DNA of 64,000 nt, from the NCBI GenBank assembly GCA_965200645.1, contig CBDAUN010000001.1:211044-275043 (forward strand). The letters run 5' to 3'. Below, one piece after another: positions 21,973 to 32,601 of this stretch (its first letter is position 1; each line of letters starts with the position of its first letter). A program made the translations under genes and the position numbers. This stretch comes from Arenicellales bacterium (lineage in GTDB: Bacteria; Pseudomonadota; Gammaproteobacteria; Arenicellales; JAJDZL01). The notes beneath the pieces were generated by a model, which did not search any database, was not told the origin of the DNA, and saw nothing but the letters and a program-made list of their open reading frames with translations.

Positions 21973-22471
21973 CGAACCTTCAAACTCTACCAGCGCGTCA
22001 CCGACGCCAATGCAGGAGTCTAATTCCAAGGATACTTACGGAAATGTGCTCGCCTTTGACTATGGGTCAAAGAAATTAGGCATTGCTATGGGTTCTGCTG
22101 CTATTGGTCGAGCAACCGGAATTGCTACTTTGAATGTCACGAACGGCAAGCTAAATCAACAGCAGCTCCAGCAAATCATTCAGCAGTGGGAACCCCAACA
22201 TTTCATTGTCGGTCTAGCGATTCCTGCCGACCAGAAACATAACAACTTTAGTGCTGAAATTTTAAAATTCGGCAACTGGCTTGAGCACACCTTCAAACGT
22301 TCAGTCACATTTGTAGATGAGCGATTGAGCACCGAAGAAGCCAAACACCGACTGTTATCGCAAAAAGGTTATAAGATGTCACACAAGACAGACCTACATC
22401 ATCAAGTAGCCGCTGAGATCATTCTGGAGACGTACTTTCACTCGAAAGTTTCCACATCGAATTCAAGTTAG
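21959..22471 (+). CDS. ruvX: Putative pre-16S rRNA nuclease / Holliday junction resolvase-like YqgF
   Basis: LAFDYG.KKLGIA, VDERLST; conserved synteny. True start may be 22010. Confidence 0.88.
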   Translation: MAKHSEPSNSTSASPTPMQESNSKDTYGNVLAFDYGSKKLGIAMGSAAIGRATGIATLNVTNGKLNQQQLQQIIQQWEPQHFIVGLAIPADQKHNNFSAEILKFGNWLEHTFKRSVTFVDERLSTEEAKHRLLSQKGYKMSHKTDLHHQVAAEIILETYFHSKVSTSNSS

Positions 22472-22550
22472 CGACTTTCAATATAATGCGCTCCAATTCA
22501 CCAGGCTGCATCCATATTTCACATCCGTATTTTTCAAATCTGGCTGACTG

Positions 22551-23051
22551 ATGACTGATGATCTCAATCACCTAAACAAAGAGCAACTCCTCACAGAGAT
22601 GGAGTCTGGTCTGCGAATATTCCAAGATCAATCACCCCTAATGGTAGCGATTCAAACTGGCGGACTTTGGATTGCAGAGCGTTTACACAAGGCACTTGAC
22701 TACTCTGAACCACTAGGTGCGCTGGATATTTCATTTTATCGCGATGACTACAGTAGAATTGGAGTCAATCCGCAGGTGCATGGTTCAAACCTGCCAATCT
22801 CCATAGACGACCGCAACATCATACTAATCGACGACGTATTGCACACCGGGCGAACTGTTCGGGCGGCCCTCAATGAACTGTTCGCATGGGGACGACCCAC
22901 TTCTGTAGTATTGGCTGTATTGCTCGATCGAGGTAGTCGTGAACTGCCCTTTCAACCAGATGTGGTTGGGAGTAACATTCACTTGGCAAATGATCAATTC
23001 GTCAAGGTTACTTCAGACGGCGTGATCAGAGTGACCACAAAGGGAATCTAA
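22551..23051 (+). CDS. pyrR: Bifunctional pyr operon regulator / uracil phosphoribosyltransferase PyrR
   Basis: [33 protein letters not shown]. Confidence 0.93.
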   Translation: MTDDLNHLNKEQLLTEMESGLRIFQDQSPLMVAIQTGGLWIAERLHKALDYSEPLGALDISFYRDDYSRIGVNPQVHGSNLPISIDDRNIILIDDVLHTGRTVRAALNELFAWGRPTSVVLAVLLDRGSRELPFQPDVVGSNIHLANDQFVKVTSDGVIRVTTKGI

Positions 23052-23055
23052 CCAA

Positions 23056-24036
23056 ATGCAGGAAGCGTTGCAGGATATTCAACTCGATCGAAATGGTAAC
23101 CTGCAGCATTTCATTTCGCTGGAAGGATTGCCTCGCAGTTTGGTTGAGACTATTCTTAACAGTGCCGAGTCATTCATCGACTTCCCTACCCGCTCTATCA
23201 AGAAGGTTCCGCTCCTAAGGGGAAAAACTGTAGTTAATCTGTTTTTCGAGCCCAGCACAAGAACCCGAACAACATTTGAAATTGCTGCGACTCGGCTTGG
23301 AGCGGACGTTATCAATCTGCAGGCCGAGGCGATGTCCACTACCAAGGGTGAAACGATACTTGACACTGTAAAAACCCTTGAAGCAATGCATACGGACTTG
23401 TTTGTGGTTCGGCATAATGTCAGTGGCGCTGCAAACTTGATTGCCCGGTATGCCCCGGACCACGTACATATCATCAATGCCGGAGATGGTCGATATTCTC
23501 ATCCTACCCAGGCCTTACTGGATATGTTTACGATTCGGCAATACAAGGGGGAATTTACAGACCTTACTGTTGCCATTGTGGGCGACATTCTTCATTCTCG
23601 CGTGGCTAGATCAGAAATCAGCGCACTCAATATTCTGGGGGCGCGCGAGGTACGAGTCATAGCACCGCATACCTTGATTCCGACAGGGGTCGAAAAGCTG
23701 GGAGTACGGGTATGTACCGATATGAAGGAAGGGCTAAAAAATGCGGACATCGTTATGATGCTGCGACTTCAGCTGGAACGCATGCAAGGACAGTTGATCC
23801 CAAGTAGCGAAGAGTTTTATCAGCGGTATGGCCTTACCGAAGAACGACTTGAACAAGCCAAACCTGACGCACTGGTCATGCATCCAGGCCCCATCAACCG
23901 CGGATTGGAAATTGCGTCATCAGTCGCCGACGGTGCACGTTCGCTGATTCTGACACAAGTTGCCAACGGCATTGCTGTTCGAATGGCCGTAATGGCGCAC
24001 ATAATGGCAGGCAGCCAATCGACTGCGAAGAGTTGA
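23056..24036 (+). CDS. pyrB: Aspartate carbamoyltransferase catalytic subunit
   Basis: [42 protein letters not shown]. Confidence 0.97.
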   Translation: MQEALQDIQLDRNGNLQHFISLEGLPRSLVETILNSAESFIDFPTRSIKKVPLLRGKTVVNLFFEPSTRTRTTFEIAATRLGADVINLQAEAMSTTKGETILDTVKTLEAMHTDLFVVRHNVSGAANLIARYAPDHVHIINAGDGRYSHPTQALLDMFTIRQYKGEFTDLTVAIVGDILHSRVARSEISALNILGAREVRVIAPHTLIPTGVEKLGVRVCTDMKEGLKNADIVMMLRLQLERMQGQLIPSSEEFYQRYGLTEERLEQAKPDALVMHPGPINRGLEIASSVADGARSLILTQVANGIAVRMAVMAHIMAGSQSTAKS

Positions 24037-25316
24037 TTGTGAGCGGGATTGCAATTCGAAACGGAAGGGTTATTGACCCTGCAAACAAAGTCGACCGTAT
24101 CGGTGATATATATGTCGCTAACGACCGAATAGTGGACCAGTGCCCCACAGATAGCAATTTATGTGAAATCGATGCCACGGGATCCATAGTATGCCCGGGA
24201 TTGATTGACATCAAAGCCAAATTGGGGGTGCCGGGTCCAAGTGAATCCTCTACCATAGACATCGAGTCCCGCAGTGCCGTCAGAGGCGGCATCACCACGG
24301 TCTGCATCCAACCGGACACAGTGCCCGTGATCGACACTCCGGCGATGGCGCAAATGATTCAGCAGCGCACAACAACGCGAACCGGGATTCGCGTACTGCC
24401 CCTAGGCGCACTAACCATTGGATTAAACAACGAGTCATTAACCAACATGGCCAGCCTGATGGACGCCGGTTGCGTTGGAGTAAGCAATGCCGGTAACGCA
24501 GTCAGCAATACCCTGGTTATGCGCCGTGCAATGCAATATGCATCGACCTTCGACATCACCGTATACATTCAATCCCACGATCCGTGGCTAACCGGCAATG
24601 GCTGCGTGCATGAAGGAGAAATTAGTACGCGTCTGGGCTTACCGTCAATTCCAGTAGCAGCCGAAACCGTTGCTGTTGCCAGAGATATTGCATTAGTTCA
24701 AACCACTGGTGTAAAGGCGCATTTTTGCCAGTTGTCCTGCGGCCGCTCAGTTGACATGATTCATGAATCACAAAAAAATGGTTCGGCCATTACCGCTGAT
24801 GTCGCCATTCATAATCTGCATTTGACTGAACGTGACACCGGGAATTTCAATACGCTGTGTCATGTCAAACCGCCTCTACGCAGTATGAGTGACCGAGACA
24901 GGCTGCGTGAAGGGCTTCAGGATGGAACCATTTCAGTGGTCTGTTCGGACCACCAGCCTTGTGCAATGGATAACAAGCTTGCGCCTTTCAGTCAATCTGC
25001 CCCAGGAATTTCTGGACTCGAAACCCTGCTTCCGTTAACCTTGCGTTTAGTTGATGAGGGAATAATTGATTTGTCTCAAGCGATAAGTCTGCTTACCCAA
25101 AACCCCGCTGAAATTCTTGGGGTTGAAGTCGGTCGTTTATCGGTTGGTACTCCTGCTGATATCTGTATATTCAACCCAGACAAAGAATGGATTTTTGATG
25201 CAACTAAAGTGATTAGCCGAGGCAAGAATAATCCGTTCGGAGGCTGGCAGATGCGAGGTGCTGTCACTTACACGATTATCAACGGACGCATTATTGACCA
25301 TAGTTTGGAACACTAA
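24033..25316 (+). CDS. pyrC: Dihydroorotase-like protein (probably inactive PyrC' structural subunit)
   Basis: Amidohydrolase fold (GGITT, PPLR, SDHQP, GLETLL) after pyrB. The metal-binding HxH motif is replaced ([10 protein letters not shown]). Confidence 0.85.
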   Translation: MIVSGIAIRNGRVIDPANKVDRIGDIYVANDRIVDQCPTDSNLCEIDATGSIVCPGLIDIKAKLGVPGPSESSTIDIESRSAVRGGITTVCIQPDTVPVIDTPAMAQMIQQRTTTRTGIRVLPLGALTIGLNNESLTNMASLMDAGCVGVSNAGNAVSNTLVMRRAMQYASTFDITVYIQSHDPWLTGNGCVHEGEISTRLGLPSIPVAAETVAVARDIALVQTTGVKAHFCQLSCGRSVDMIHESQKNGSAITADVAIHNLHLTERDTGNFNTLCHVKPPLRSMSDRDRLREGLQDGTISVVCSDHQPCAMDNKLAPFSQSAPGISGLETLLPLTLRLVDEGIIDLSQAISLLTQNPAEILGVEVGRLSVGTPADICIFNPDKEWIFDATKVISRGKNNPFGGWQMRGAVTYTIINGRIIDHSLEH

Positions 25317-25340
25317 GCACAAATAGTCGTCATATCAGCA

Positions 25341-26042
25341 ATGCATTCAGATCATTTAAAGACCAACTGGGTCACCGTAAATAGACTCATCCGAACTGCG
25401 GAGCGCAACGCCAACCGTCCTGCAAACAGCGTCAATCTTGTTGCTGTGAGTAAGTTGCATTCAGCAGACTCAATTAGAGCACTAAGAGGCTTGGGACAAT
25501 CCGCTTTTGCTGAGAACTTTGTTCAAGAGGCCTTACAGAAGCAAAATTCTTTGTCGGACCTTGACCTTGAATGGCACTTTATCGGTCGCATTCAAAGCAA
25601 TAAGACTCGAGATATTGCCAGTAACTTCTCATGGGTACATAGTGTCAGCCAATTCAAGATTGCGAGAAGACTAAGTGATCAGCGAAATCCCGAGTTACCG
25701 TCGCTGAACATATGCATACAAGTCAACCTGCAGGAAGAAGATTCGAAGTCAGGCGCATCTATTGATGAGACTCACTCGTTGGTCGACCAAATGTCAAACT
25801 TACCCAATATTACAGTGCGGGGACTGATGATAATTCCCAAATTGACAGGAGTCATCGAAGAACAAAGGCGAGTGTTTGAACAATTGCGGGAACTGCAAGA
25901 CACAATAAACAACCGTGGTTATAAACTTGATACACTTTCGATGGGGATGACCGGCGACCTTGAATCTGCGATTGCTGAAGGAGCCACACACGTACGCATT
26001 GGTACAGCACTTTTTGGACCACGACCACAACGGACAGGTTAA
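25341..26042 (+). CDS. yggS: PLP homeostasis protein YggS
   Basis: LVAVSK, ENFVQE, WHFIGRIQSNK, LSMGMTGD...AIAEGATHVRIGT. Confidence 0.95.
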   Translation: MHSDHLKTNWVTVNRLIRTAERNANRPANSVNLVAVSKLHSADSIRALRGLGQSAFAENFVQEALQKQNSLSDLDLEWHFIGRIQSNKTRDIASNFSWVHSVSQFKIARRLSDQRNPELPSLNICIQVNLQEEDSKSGASIDETHSLVDQMSNLPNITVRGLMIIPKLTGVIEEQRRVFEQLRELQDTINNRGYKLDTLSMGMTGDLESAIAEGATHVRIGTALFGPRPQRTG

Positions 26043-26047
26043 ATCAA

Positions 26048-26842
26048 TCAAGAGTCACCAGTACGACCATAAAATTCCAATCTCTCCCTTTTATTAAATA
26101 CCACGTTCGGTTCTGCAAAATAGGAAAATACGGCCACAATCCGGGGCTTGCTTCCGCCTACGGGTGTGGTTCTATGCGCCGTATTCTTGCCTTTGAACAC
26201 ATTCAAGGTTCCAGAAACCATTGATTTGGTCCTAACGTTGCCTCGATCTCCGTTCAACATCTTCCCAATTCCATCAAAGTCAATATCGCTTCCGTTCCTC
26301 AAGCCATATGCCAACTCCAAGTCTCCTCCGAGGTCAGAAGCCTGGAGTAGCACTGTGGTGGTAAACTCTGCCCTGTCGAAGTGCCAGTTGAGCGATTCGC
26401 CTTTGTAGTAAGCCATTACATTTACTCTCGCTAATGGATCAGCCATAAGGTAGAGATTTGGCTTATTCATTACCGCTGCAAGAAATTCACGAAGTGGCGG
26501 CCATTGGTAAATTTCAAGTAATACGCTGTCGGAAATTTGATCTGCACAAATCGTGTGATTAGTAGTCTTCATTCGATCAAGTGCGGGGTGTTCAGGTGAT
26601 ACGCTGTTGAACTGGTCGTCAAAGAAGATGTTGTGTTCACGTTCGTGTGTAAATGAATCGTTGCTATACAGTGGTAGAACATCTGAAACGCATTGTTCAA
26701 TGGTTGCGTTCAACAGGAGGTTGGGCAGCTCGAAACTCTGTGATTGTTGGAGTTCCTCGCGGCAACGAGAAACTAAGCGCTTACCGATATTGCTGTCCAG
26801 TTGGTCGAGTGGATAGCGATCAAGATCAAGGTACTGATTCAT
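26048..26842 (-). CDS. 2OG-Fe(II) oxygenase superfamily protein
   Basis: WHFD (HxD)...F.G....HR.TPV...R facial triad and 2OG-binding pattern. Start set at MNQYLD. Confidence 0.78.
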   Translation of the reverse strand: MNQYLDLDRYPLDQLDSNIGKRLVSRCREELQQSQSFELPNLLLNATIEQCVSDVLPLYSNDSFTHEREHNIFFDDQFNSVSPEHPALDRMKTTNHTICADQISDSVLLEIYQWPPLREFLAAVMNKPNLYLMADPLARVNVMAYYKGESLNWHFDRAEFTTTVLLQASDLGGDLELAYGLRNGSDIDFDGIGKMLNGDRGNVRTKSMVSGTLNVFKGKNTAHRTTPVGGSKPRIVAVFSYFAEPNVVFNKRERLEFYGRTGDS

Positions 26843-27074
26843 TGGTCTTCGTAGCAAACCTATTCCTGACTAATTTGAGTCAAGCAAACAACCTTTAACC
26901 TGAATAGGAGTAACTTACTTTTAGTTGACTGCGATATAATTTATTTGGCCATATGACAGTGACAGACGCCCATAAGAGCTTATATTTAAACCGCTGATTC
27001 TTGGCATCACTCCACAAACTCGCATAACTTTTTAAAACTGCCCTTGTAGGCCAAAACGTCAATTATTTTATTTA

Positions 27075-27914
27075 ATGCAAGTCAGTGAAATTCCACCAAT
27101 TGGTTTTATCGGCGGCGGCAATATGGCACGCAGCATCATCGGTGGTTTGCTGCAGGTAGAATTCCCGGCTCAGTTAATTACTGTATCGGACCCGAGTGCA
27201 GAAGCTAGAGCGAGTTTAAAGGATACCTATGGTGTAAGCGTCAGTGATGACAACGAGAACACGGTAAACAACTCGAAAGTTGTTGTTTTGGCCGTCAAGC
27301 CACAAGTCATGTTCAAGGCTCTTGATTCGATTGATACTTGCTTGTCAGACCAAAAACCGCTACTCATCTCAATTGCTGCCGGGATTCAGATGCAGCAACT
27401 GGACGATCGCACAGGTGGTGAGCTTCCAATAGTTCGAGTCATGCCGAATACCCCTGCATTAATTCGTCTCGGCGTCTCGGCCCTGTGTGCAAATAACCGA
27501 ACAACTGAGCAGCAGCGAGACTGTGCTAACGCGATCTTGAATGCAGTCGGAGAGACTGTTTGGTTTGATGACGAAAAACTAATGGACGCGGTTACTGCTG
27601 TTTCGGGTGCCGGTCCTGCGTACTTTTTTCTGCTCATTGAAGCAATTGAACAAGCAGCTGAACATCTAGGTCTAACTTCGGACACCGCACACACTCTTGC
27701 GGTCAGGACAGCGGTTGGTGCAGCACAACTTGCTGCGCAAAGCGAGTACAGCCCCGCAACCCTACGTAAACAAGTCACCTCACCGGGCGGCGTTACGCAA
27801 GAGGCATTAAGAGTTTTAGGAGAAATGGGAGTTAAAGATGCGTTCATACGAGCCATAGCGGCCGGTGAACGACGCTCAGCCGAACTTTCTTCAGTAGCGG
27901 ATACTACTCAATGA
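27075..27914 (+). CDS. proC: Pyrroline-5-carboxylate reductase
   Basis: GFIGGGNMA, LAVKPQ, RVMPNTP, AVSGAGPAY, VTSPGG.T. Confidence 0.96.
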   Translation: MQVSEIPPIGFIGGGNMARSIIGGLLQVEFPAQLITVSDPSAEARASLKDTYGVSVSDDNENTVNNSKVVVLAVKPQVMFKALDSIDTCLSDQKPLLISIAAGIQMQQLDDRTGGELPIVRVMPNTPALIRLGVSALCANNRTTEQQRDCANAILNAVGETVWFDDEKLMDAVTAVSGAGPAYFFLLIEAIEQAAEHLGLTSDTAHTLAVRTAVGAAQLAAQSEYSPATLRKQVTSPGGVTQEALRVLGEMGVKDAFIRAIAAGERRSAELSSVADTTQ

Positions 27915-28468
27915 ACAATACATTTGAATTCGCAGCTTTCGGAATTCTGCAAACATTACTGTTCTTTTATCTTGTAGTCGCAGTTGCGCGAGCACTGCTA
28001 CAGTACTCCGATGCTGACTTTTACAACCCCGTTTCCAGAATTGTTGATCAAGTCACAAAATTTCCAATCAGTTTTTTGAGACTGTTTACACCGCGTATTG
28101 GAGGCTCGGACAAACTTTCACCGATACTTCTAATCTTAATAATTGCATGTGTCGAGCAACTACTTATTCAAAATCTGAGGGTACCGATATTTGATATTTT
28201 TGTGCTTGGGCTGGCGCGTTCGATCAGAGTGATTGGCGACTTTTTGGTTTATACAATTTTGGCCGCTGTAGTCCTCAGTTGGATTGGACCGCGAAAGCCA
28301 TTTGTTTTAACTACACTCATTTATTCGATTAGCCTTCTGGTTCTTGCTCCAATTCGACGCTTTTTACCCCCAGTCGGTGGTCTAGACTTCTCTCCGATTG
28401 TTGCAATGATCGCACTGAGTATCATTACTGGTACTGTTTCAAACAGTTTGATTCAATTTATTGCCTAA
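27911..28468 (+). CDS. yggT: YggT family membrane protein
   Basis: ADFYNP and PPVGGLDFSP motifs; follows proC. Confidence 0.9.
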   Translation: MNNTFEFAAFGILQTLLFFYLVVAVARALLQYSDADFYNPVSRIVDQVTKFPISFLRLFTPRIGGSDKLSPILLILIIACVEQLLIQNLRVPIFDIFVLGLARSIRVIGDFLVYTILAAVVLSWIGPRKPFVLTTLIYSISLLVLAPIRRFLPPVGGLDFSPIVAMIALSIITGTVSNSLIQFIA

Positions 28469-28518
28469 TATTGCGTAGTTGATTGGGTCATATTGGTAGT
28501 TCTTAAGCGAGGCTGAAC

Positions 28519-30105
28519 ATGAATACGAATGTTGTCGCATTTCAATCACGAAACTGGAAACAGTCAATTCAGGGTTTAACCCACCCACGATCAATTTGTA
28601 TGCTGTTTTACGGCTTTTCCGCCGGACTGCCGCTACTTTTAGTCTTCGGAACTCTATCTGTCTGGTTACGAGAGTCCGGCATTGACCGAGCAACAGTGAC
28701 CTTCTTGAGTTGGGCAGCTCTAGGCTATTCCTTTAAGTTCGTATGGGCACCCATAATTGACCGGATGCCGGTGCCGGTGTTAACCAAACTTATGGGGCGT
28801 CGACGAGCGTGGCTTTTGGTATCCCAAATCGCGGTTGCGCTCAGTCTATTGTGGACATCCAGTTTCGACCCACAAACCAATCTTCTGTTTCTGACAGTGG
28901 TGGGTGCTGTGGCTATCGGTTTTTCTTCCGCAACTCAGGATATCGTCATTGACGCATATCGTATTGAATCCGCTCCGCCGGAACTGCAGTCAATGCTGGC
29001 TGCTACCTATATTGCCGGGTATCGAATTGGGATGCTTGTTGCAGGCGCGGGAGCACTATATATGGCTGACTGGCTTGGTGGTGGAGAATATAGTTTCGAT
29101 GCCTGGAGTTGGACCTATCGAACCATGGCCGGGCTGATGATTGTAGGAATAGTCACCACCCTCATCATCAACGAGCCTCAAACTGATCAATCTGATACCA
29201 GTTCGTTTTCGTCGACAGTTGACTATGTCCGATTTTTCTGTGTTTTTGCTGTGGCTGCCGCAGCATTCGCGAGCGGATTTGTTCTCACCGCAGATATTGT
29301 TAAGTCGACCAAAGATGCGTTGGTCAGCAACTTTGGTTTCAATTCAACTTCAGCCCGAATTTTGCTAGAGTCACTAAGGATGGTGTTCTCCATTTCTTTG
29401 GCAGGCCTGTTCGCATGGTTGTTGGTCCGTGTGCAATTTGTGAAGATGGCTCATATTCAAGAAACATACATTAGTCCGGTTTCTGATTTCTTTGTCAGAT
29501 ATGGCCGCACTGCTGCGGTAATTCTGTTACTGGTCTCCACATTTCGAATTTCGGATATTGTGCTTGGAATCATCGCCAATGTGTTTTATCTGGACATTGG
29601 TTTCACCAAGACTCAGATTGCCGAATATTCGAAGTTTTGGGGATTGTGGGCATCCATTGGTGGGGGTGTGTTAGGCGGTGTGTTGGCACTTCGATTTGGT
29701 GTATTGCGAGCATTGCTCCTGGGCGCACTACTCTCGGCTGGAACCAACTTATTATTCATCGCTTTGGCGAACAATCCAACAACCACCTTGTTCCTGTTTG
29801 TGGTGGTTGCGGATAATCTTGCTGCTGGAGCCGCTTCGGCAGCATTTGTTGCTTATTTATCCAGCCTTACAAATATCAGATTTACCGCCATGCAGTATGC
29901 GATCTTCACTTCGATCATGCTGTTGATACCCAAGTTTGTGGCAGGCTATTCTGGAACGATTGTCAACGGTATCGGGTATGAGTACTTCTTCGTGTTCACC
30001 GCACTAATCGGAATTCCAGTGATATTTATCATTTTGTGGGTTCAGCGCCTGGTTGAAGCGGATGAGAGCAACCAAGATACCTACTACTCTAAGGCAAAGT
30101 CGTAA
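28519..30105 (+). CDS. ampG: AmpG family muropeptide MFS transporter
   Basis: GFSAGLPLLL, KFVWAP..D, GRRRAW, SATQDIVIDAYRIE. Confidence 0.92.
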   Translation: MNTNVVAFQSRNWKQSIQGLTHPRSICMLFYGFSAGLPLLLVFGTLSVWLRESGIDRATVTFLSWAALGYSFKFVWAPIIDRMPVPVLTKLMGRRRAWLLVSQIAVALSLLWTSSFDPQTNLLFLTVVGAVAIGFSSATQDIVIDAYRIESAPPELQSMLAATYIAGYRIGMLVAGAGALYMADWLGGGEYSFDAWSWTYRTMAGLMIVGIVTTLIINEPQTDQSDTSSFSSTVDYVRFFCVFAVAAAAFASGFVLTADIVKSTKDALVSNFGFNSTSARILLESLRMVFSISLAGLFAWLLVRVQFVKMAHIQETYISPVSDFFVRYGRTAAVILLLVSTFRISDIVLGIIANVFYLDIGFTKTQIAEYSKFWGLWASIGGGVLGGVLALRFGVLRALLLGALLSAGTNLLFIALANNPTTTLFLFVVVADNLAAGAASAAFVAYLSSLTNIRFTAMQYAIFTSIMLLIPKFVAGYSGTIVNGIGYEYFFVFTALIGIPVIFIILWVQRLVEADESNQDTYYSKAKS

Positions 30106-30860
30106 TCTATAGTTAGCGGAGCATGATCTGAAAACTTGATCTTGGTATAAATTTCAGCAGAACGCAGTCTATCTTTTAGAGATGGTGTAACAATCTGGTA
30201 ATCCAGTCGCCAACCAACATTATTGGCATAGGCTTGTCCTCGATTTGACCACCAAGTGTATTGACTGGGTCGGCTGTCGAGAACTCGAAATGCATCCACA
30301 TAGCCGGCATCGCCATACAGCCAGTCCATCCATGCACGTTCTTGTGGCAAAAACCCCGAGTTTTTGAGGTTGCCTTTCCAGTTTCGGATGTCAATGGGCT
30401 TGTGGGCAATGTTAATGTCACCACATATCACAAATTCCCGATTTTCTCTTCGATAGTTATTGAGAACAGTCTTTAAGCGACTCAGCATATCCTCTTTGAC
30501 TAGTTGGCGCACATCGCCGCTGCTACCAGAAGGTATGTAAATCGAGATGACTGAAACATTCTGAAAATCTGCGCGGATATATCGGCCTTCGGAATCAAAG
30601 TCTGGCCATCCTATTCCTATCTGAACATTGTGCGGCAAGATTCGTGAATACAGTCCGACGCCGCTATAGCCTTTCTTTTGCGCACAATGTAAAAATCGGT
30701 GATAGCTGTCTGGTAGGAATTGCACATCAGTCAACTGATCTTCTTGGGCTTTAAGTTCTTGAATACACACGATATCGGGGGATGACTTAAGCATCCAGTC
30801 GTAAAATCCCTTGCTCCCCGCAGAGCGAATTCCGTTAGCGTTGAATGTCGTTATTCTCAT
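30084..30860 (-). CDS. xth: Exodeoxyribonuclease III
   Basis: NANGIRSA, QELKA, GYSGV, GDINIAH, YTWWSNRG, GWRLDY, SDHAP. Overlaps the ampG 3' end by 22 bp. Confidence 0.93.
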   Translation of the reverse strand: MRITTFNANGIRSAGSKGFYDWMLKSSPDIVCIQELKAQEDQLTDVQFLPDSYHRFLHCAQKKGYSGVGLYSRILPHNVQIGIGWPDFDSEGRYIRADFQNVSVISIYIPSGSSGDVRQLVKEDMLSRLKTVLNNYRRENREFVICGDINIAHKPIDIRNWKGNLKNSGFLPQERAWMDWLYGDAGYVDAFRVLDSRPSQYTWWSNRGQAYANNVGWRLDYQIVTPSLKDRLRSAEIYTKIKFSDHAPLTIDYDFALE

Positions 30861-30934
30861 TGAAATTCATCGAGTGACTTATATCTGTCACAGATAATAA
30901 CCAAAAATATGGAAGTACTTATGCTCAATAGTAT

Positions 30935-32053
30935 TTGATGGAACGCCAACAACATCTACATTACAGACCCAAGAATTTTGCCCACGACTTGTTGCGTTGG
31001 CACTCGCAGCATGGCCGCAAGAATCTTCCTTGGACTCAGACTAAAGATCCATATGTCATTTGGATTTCAGAAATTATGCTGCAACAAACGCAGGTGAGTA
31101 CAGTAATTCCATATTTTGAAAAGTTCATTCTGAATTATCCCGATGTGGCCGCGCTGGCTGATGCTGAACTGGATGAGGTATTGAGTCTATGGCAGGGCTT
31201 AGGTTACTACGCAAGAGCACGTAATCTCCATAAAGCATCGAAGATGGTTGTAAGTAACTTTGAAGGGAGATTCCCACCTAGTGTTGATGGGTTAATGAAG
31301 TTGCCGGGAATTGGAAAGTCCACAGCAGGGGCGATTTGTGCTCTGGCGTTTAATCAAAGCGAACCGATTTTGGATGGCAATGCTAAGCGAGTTTATGCAC
31401 GAATCTTCGAAGTTAAAGGCGACTCTGATAATGCTCGCACAAAAACTCTGTGGTCGCTTGCACGGAAACTCACCCCCAAATCGAATTGTGCCCGATACAC
31501 GCAGGCCATTATGGACCTTGGAGCAACTATTTGTCTGCCTCGAAGGCCGCTGTGTGACCAGTGTCCGATGACCAGACTTTGTAGAGCCCGTCAATCAAAC
31601 TCTCAAGAAATTTATCCGATTCGTAAGGAGACAAGAAGTTCTACAAGAAGGTCGGTTACGATGATGATTGTTCGTGACTTCAATGGTAAGATTTTACTTG
31701 AAAGACGGCCGGCTGAAGGTATATGGGGCGGCCTGTGGAGTTTTCCTGAGTGCCATCAGAATGAGTCGAATCTTGTAGATTGGTTTTTGCAACGCTATGG
31801 CGTTGCTATCAGTCTTGAACAAACATGGCCGAGTTTTGATCATCAGTTTACCCACCTAAGACTGACAATAACGCCTCAACTTAGTGTTGTGACGAGCATC
31901 CCAGGCGGGCTTTGTGATCATTTAAAATTTATGAGTATTGAAACTGCTCTGCAAGTTGGCACTCCCAAACCAGTGTCTGATATGCTAAAAAGAATTAAGT
32001 CTGAGTTAGAGTTGACCAATTCGACAGACATAAAATTAGTTTTTGTGCAGTAG
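30935..32053 (+). CDS. mutY: A/G-specific adenine glycosylase
   Basis: WISEIMLQQTQV, WQGLGYYARARNL, LPGIGKSTAGAI, C-X6-C-X2-C-X5-C Fe-S motif. Confidence 0.96.
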   Translation: MMERQQHLHYRPKNFAHDLLRWHSQHGRKNLPWTQTKDPYVIWISEIMLQQTQVSTVIPYFEKFILNYPDVAALADAELDEVLSLWQGLGYYARARNLHKASKMVVSNFEGRFPPSVDGLMKLPGIGKSTAGAICALAFNQSEPILDGNAKRVYARIFEVKGDSDNARTKTLWSLARKLTPKSNCARYTQAIMDLGATICLPRRPLCDQCPMTRLCRARQSNSQEIYPIRKETRSSTRRSVTMMIVRDFNGKILLERRPAEGIWGGLWSFPECHQNESNLVDWFLQRYGVAISLEQTWPSFDHQFTHLRLTITPQLSVVTSIPGGLCDHLKFMSIETALQVGTPKPVSDMLKRIKSELELTNSTDIKLVFVQ

Positions 32054-32100
32054 ATTGACCTTCAGTGTTGTTTAAACAAAATTTTTAAAGCCAATTCATT

Positions 32101-32382
32101 ATGACTCGAACAGTATTTTGTCAAAAACTAAAAAAGGAGGCACAAGGGCTTGCTTTTGCCCCTCTACCCGGATCAGTCGGAAAAAAGATCTTTGAAAACA
32201 TTTCTATGGAAGCGTGGCAGGAGTGGTTGAAACTTCAAACCATGTTAATTAACGAAAAGCGACTGAGTATGGGTAATGCTGAGCATCGAAAATACTTGAG
32301 CGAGCAGGTCGAGGCACACTTTTTCGGCGAAGGTTCTGACATGCCGGAGGGTTACACACCACCAAATTCTTCTGAATCTTGA
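32101..32382 (+). CDS. yggX: Fe(II)-trafficking / oxidative damage protection protein
   Basis: MTRTVFC.KL...W.EW...QTMLINE; follows mutY. Confidence 0.94.
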   Translation: MTRTVFCQKLKKEAQGLAFAPLPGSVGKKIFENISMEAWQEWLKLQTMLINEKRLSMGNAEHRKYLSEQVEAHFFGEGSDMPEGYTPPNSSES

Positions 32383-32473
32383 CAAATATCAGTATTCACC
32401 TGGTCGCACCTTAACCACCTACACCACTACCCCGATCAATTTGCAGTAGCAACTGAATGCTACCAATAATTCT

Positions 32474-32499
32474 CGTTCTTCGCTGGTCAGCGAAGAACG
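32474..32499. other. Perfect inverted repeat (12-bp arms, 2-nt centre)
   Basis: cgttcttcgctg-gt-cagcgaagaacg, about 100 bp upstream of the DUF2075 gene. Confidence 0.7.
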
Positions 32500-32601
32500 C
32501 TTATAGATGAAATACGGTTAGGAACGCATTTCACATCTCTGCCCCAAACCGTCCAATCATACTGATATCATTGAGGTTTTTAGCTATGAGGTCTGAACTT
32601 A

